From: Rhynchobatus australiae
Lineage: Eukaryota
DNA: 64,000 nt
Direction: 5' to 3'
Assembly: GCA_034780895.1 (NCBI GenBank)
Contig: JAUZTB010000070.1
Location: 29,437,291 to 29,501,290, forward strand
Every line of letters starts with the position of its first letter. Position 1 is the first letter of the stretch. The notes beneath the pieces were generated by a model. The model ran no database searches, was not told the DNA's origin, and saw only the letters and a program-made list of their open reading frames with translations. Both the position numbers and the translations under genes were made by a program. Below, in pieces: positions 61,330 through 64,000 of this stretch.

Positions 61330-64000
61330 GTATTATTTTCTTTGTCCTAGAAACCATTTCCAATTTCCTAGTCTGGACTAAGTACAAGTGCTGTGCTCAT
61401 TGAGTATTCCTTTACAAGTTTATCTCTATTTTAAGTGAATCAAGTATTATTGCGTAGAAATGTAGGTGGAGTAACTAGGAAGGGCTATTTCTCCTTAAGA
61501 ACCCCCTGTAATTCTCGAAGTGCCTCATCTCCTTTGTAAATTTAAAAATTTGTGGAAAGTTTGGGTAAAGTCAGCAAGGCATTGAGATCTGCCTGATTTC
61601 TCCATCTATTTTGGCCACATGTTGAACTCTAATGTTGCTTACGACATATTAATTATTTACAAGTTTTAATTGGAGCATGGTACAAAACTGAGGGTGGCAC
61701 TTGTGGATGTGCTTTATCAGTGCAGAACAAGGGCATGGGAATAAGTGCATAACATAATACTACTATCAATAAAGAAGTTTTAAAAAATCGGTTGGAAATT
61801 CATAAGTCTTCATTTTTGTACTATAACAAGTGAATACCTTTTCCCCCCTCATTCTTTCCATGCTCCCTGATAACTTGCTAGGTCTATATGCATGTTGCAT
61901 GCAATTCCAAATCTATAGGTTCAGGCTTGGTGAATGGTTAGTGTTGGCTTGGCTACTTATGCAGACGAAACTCCTTGCCACATAAGTTCTAAAATCCTAA
62001 CTGGTTGCAGATGCAATGACTGTTCCATCTGCCTATTCCATTTTTTTAATCCCTTTGAAGTCTATATTAGGATGCTTCAGTATATGTGATACAGGATACA
62101 GTGACATAGATGTGGATTATCAGAATGATTTGCCTGTGATATTTATTTAATTCGGGGTTTCTAAATTTAGTCAATGTATTCATTGCTACTTAATTGAATT
62201 GTAAAACTCCAGCTGAGTGTGGCAAATGAAAAGAGCTCAACTGCAAAACAAAAAATACTGCTAGGAGTTGTAAAGACTTTAAAACCAGCTTATTTTCTAG
62301 CTGGAGATTTGGCAAATCAAGTTGCTTCTTTCTGTGGCACTCGGCAGGATCTTTGCAGTTAATGAGCATTGTGCACGTGGATTGAATGTAGGGATTTCAA
62401 GTGGATCCAAACCACCTTTTCATTGAGTGCAGATCCATCACCCTTTCCCGACCATTACTGAAACAGATTAAAAATCCATGGGCCCTTGGACAAACTGAAT
62501 CTCCAAGTGCCTTGCATATAACACCAGTGGGAGCTGCTGATTTGTGCTCATGCCCACCAGTGCTTTATAACATGATTGTCCTCAGTCAGCAGAAGAGGCA
62601 AACCATCAAAGTCTCATGAACATTTAGATCTAACCATTCTGTTTTACTTTTTATTCATACTAAATAGGGGGAGAAAAGTACACATGGGAGAAGCCATTAA
62701 TGTTTCGAAAGTAGACATTAGTTGGGAATTGTGTTCTAATATGAAATTAAACTAAATGACATTGAAATATTTCCACTTTCCTGGTATTTGCCAATTGTAG
62801 GGTTGGGGATAATTTTCTTAACTATCTTGCAGCAAGCAAATCTGTCTTTTTCTGTTAAGGCAGTAAGCTGAGACAAAATTAATTGGCATTTGTTGAAGTA
62901 TGAGCTGGCAAATCAAAATAAACACATTCATTGCCAGAGTCATGGCGTGAGGCCTTTTGGCCCATTTAAGTCCAAGCCCACCAAGTACCCATNNNNNNNN
63001 NNNNNNNNNNNNNNNNNNNNNNNNNNNNNNNNNNNNNNNNNNNNNCCCCCACCCCAGATTCTACCACTCTCCCACACACACTGGGAGCAATTTACAGTGG
63101 CCAATTAGCCTACCAACCTGCACACTTTTTTGGAATGGGGGCAGGAAACAGAACACCCGAAAAACTCAAGCTGTCGCAAGGAGACCGTGCAAACTCCGCA
63201 CAGACAGCACCCAAGTCACTGGAGCTGCGAGACAGCAGCTCTACGAGCTAGGCCACTTTGCCACCCATTGTGCGTTTGAGTAATGTGATCAAGTTCTGTA
63301 CAGAGGGTATTGATGTGAAGTGTGGTTAATTTGTGTTAAGTGGTGCAATTTCAATCCAGAAAGAACTTGTCTAGAAGGAGTTTCGGGTCAGTAGAATGGG
63401 CACATGTTGGTACAGTGGCCTTCATGTCCACACAGCCATCTGTAAACATCTTGTTCCATGCAGAGCTTCTACATTTGTTGCCTTCTACATGGCTGCATGT
63501 GTAATGTCCCACAGATTGTTTTAATCAGCAGACATGTTGCTTTGACTTGCACAATTTGCATTCGAGCCTGGAGGCCAAATGATCCCTAATGTTTTCGGTG
63601 GGGGGGAGGGGGGGGAGACACAATTAGTGCTGGAATTTAAAACCAGGCAACAGTGTTGATGCAGTAGACTCGAGTTACAGGCCCCTCAACCCAACACACA
63701 CGCTGACCAAGATGCCTATCTCCACTAATCCCATTTGGCCCATATCCCTCTAAACCTCTCCTGTCCAAATGTATTTTAAATGTTGTAATTGTACCTGCCT
63801 CTACCACTTCCTCAGGCAGCTCGTTCCATAAACCCACCACCCTCGGAGAAACTTGCAGACAGTAGTTCAGATGATTCCTGGGCAGGGAATGACCCAGTCC
63901 CCTGTCCTGTGTTGTGCCTCAGTGATCACCTTAAACTTCAAACACTGTTAGTAGCATTGATGTTTGAAGAACACGCTTATCATTAATTGGAGTCTGGGTG

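Noticed and set aside
61330-64000. Search for the E12/E47 bHLH exons
   Set aside because: No ERRxANNARER-coding sequence was seen. These exons presumably lie beyond the window.

Overview
Eukaryotic, repeat-rich and gapped genomic DNA from a cartilaginous fish. The repeat content (V-SINEs, CR1, Rex1/Babar, Penelope-derived elements) suggests a batoid, which is inference. The whole window lies inside one + strand gene, the E-protein bHLH transcription factor TCF3 (E2A). I can read 11 coding exons with canonical AG/GT boundaries and compatible phases, corresponding to human exons 6-14, 16 and 17 (20372-61329). The AD2 exon (exon 15) is not visible and probably lies in the N-gap at 54794-55636. 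The AD1 exons and the E12/E47 bHLH exons were not found and presumably lie outside the window. Almost all ORFs in the supplied track are spurious or transposon remnants. The best novelty candidate is a putative alternative first coding exon in intron 8 (32515-32649: ATG, 45 codons, CGG|GTAAGT, in frame with exon 9, with an AD1-like EIFDLLE motif). It sits where TCF12 and TCF4 start their short 'Alt' isoforms, which mammalian TCF3 is generally described as lacking. Also notable are Penelope-type minimal hammerhead ribozyme relics inside short TSD-flanked inverted-repeat elements, and V-SINEs carrying two different LINE tails. There are no prokaryotic features, CRISPR arrays, rRNA genes or genuine tRNA genes. 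Repeat boundaries are approximate and family names are from recognition, not a database search.
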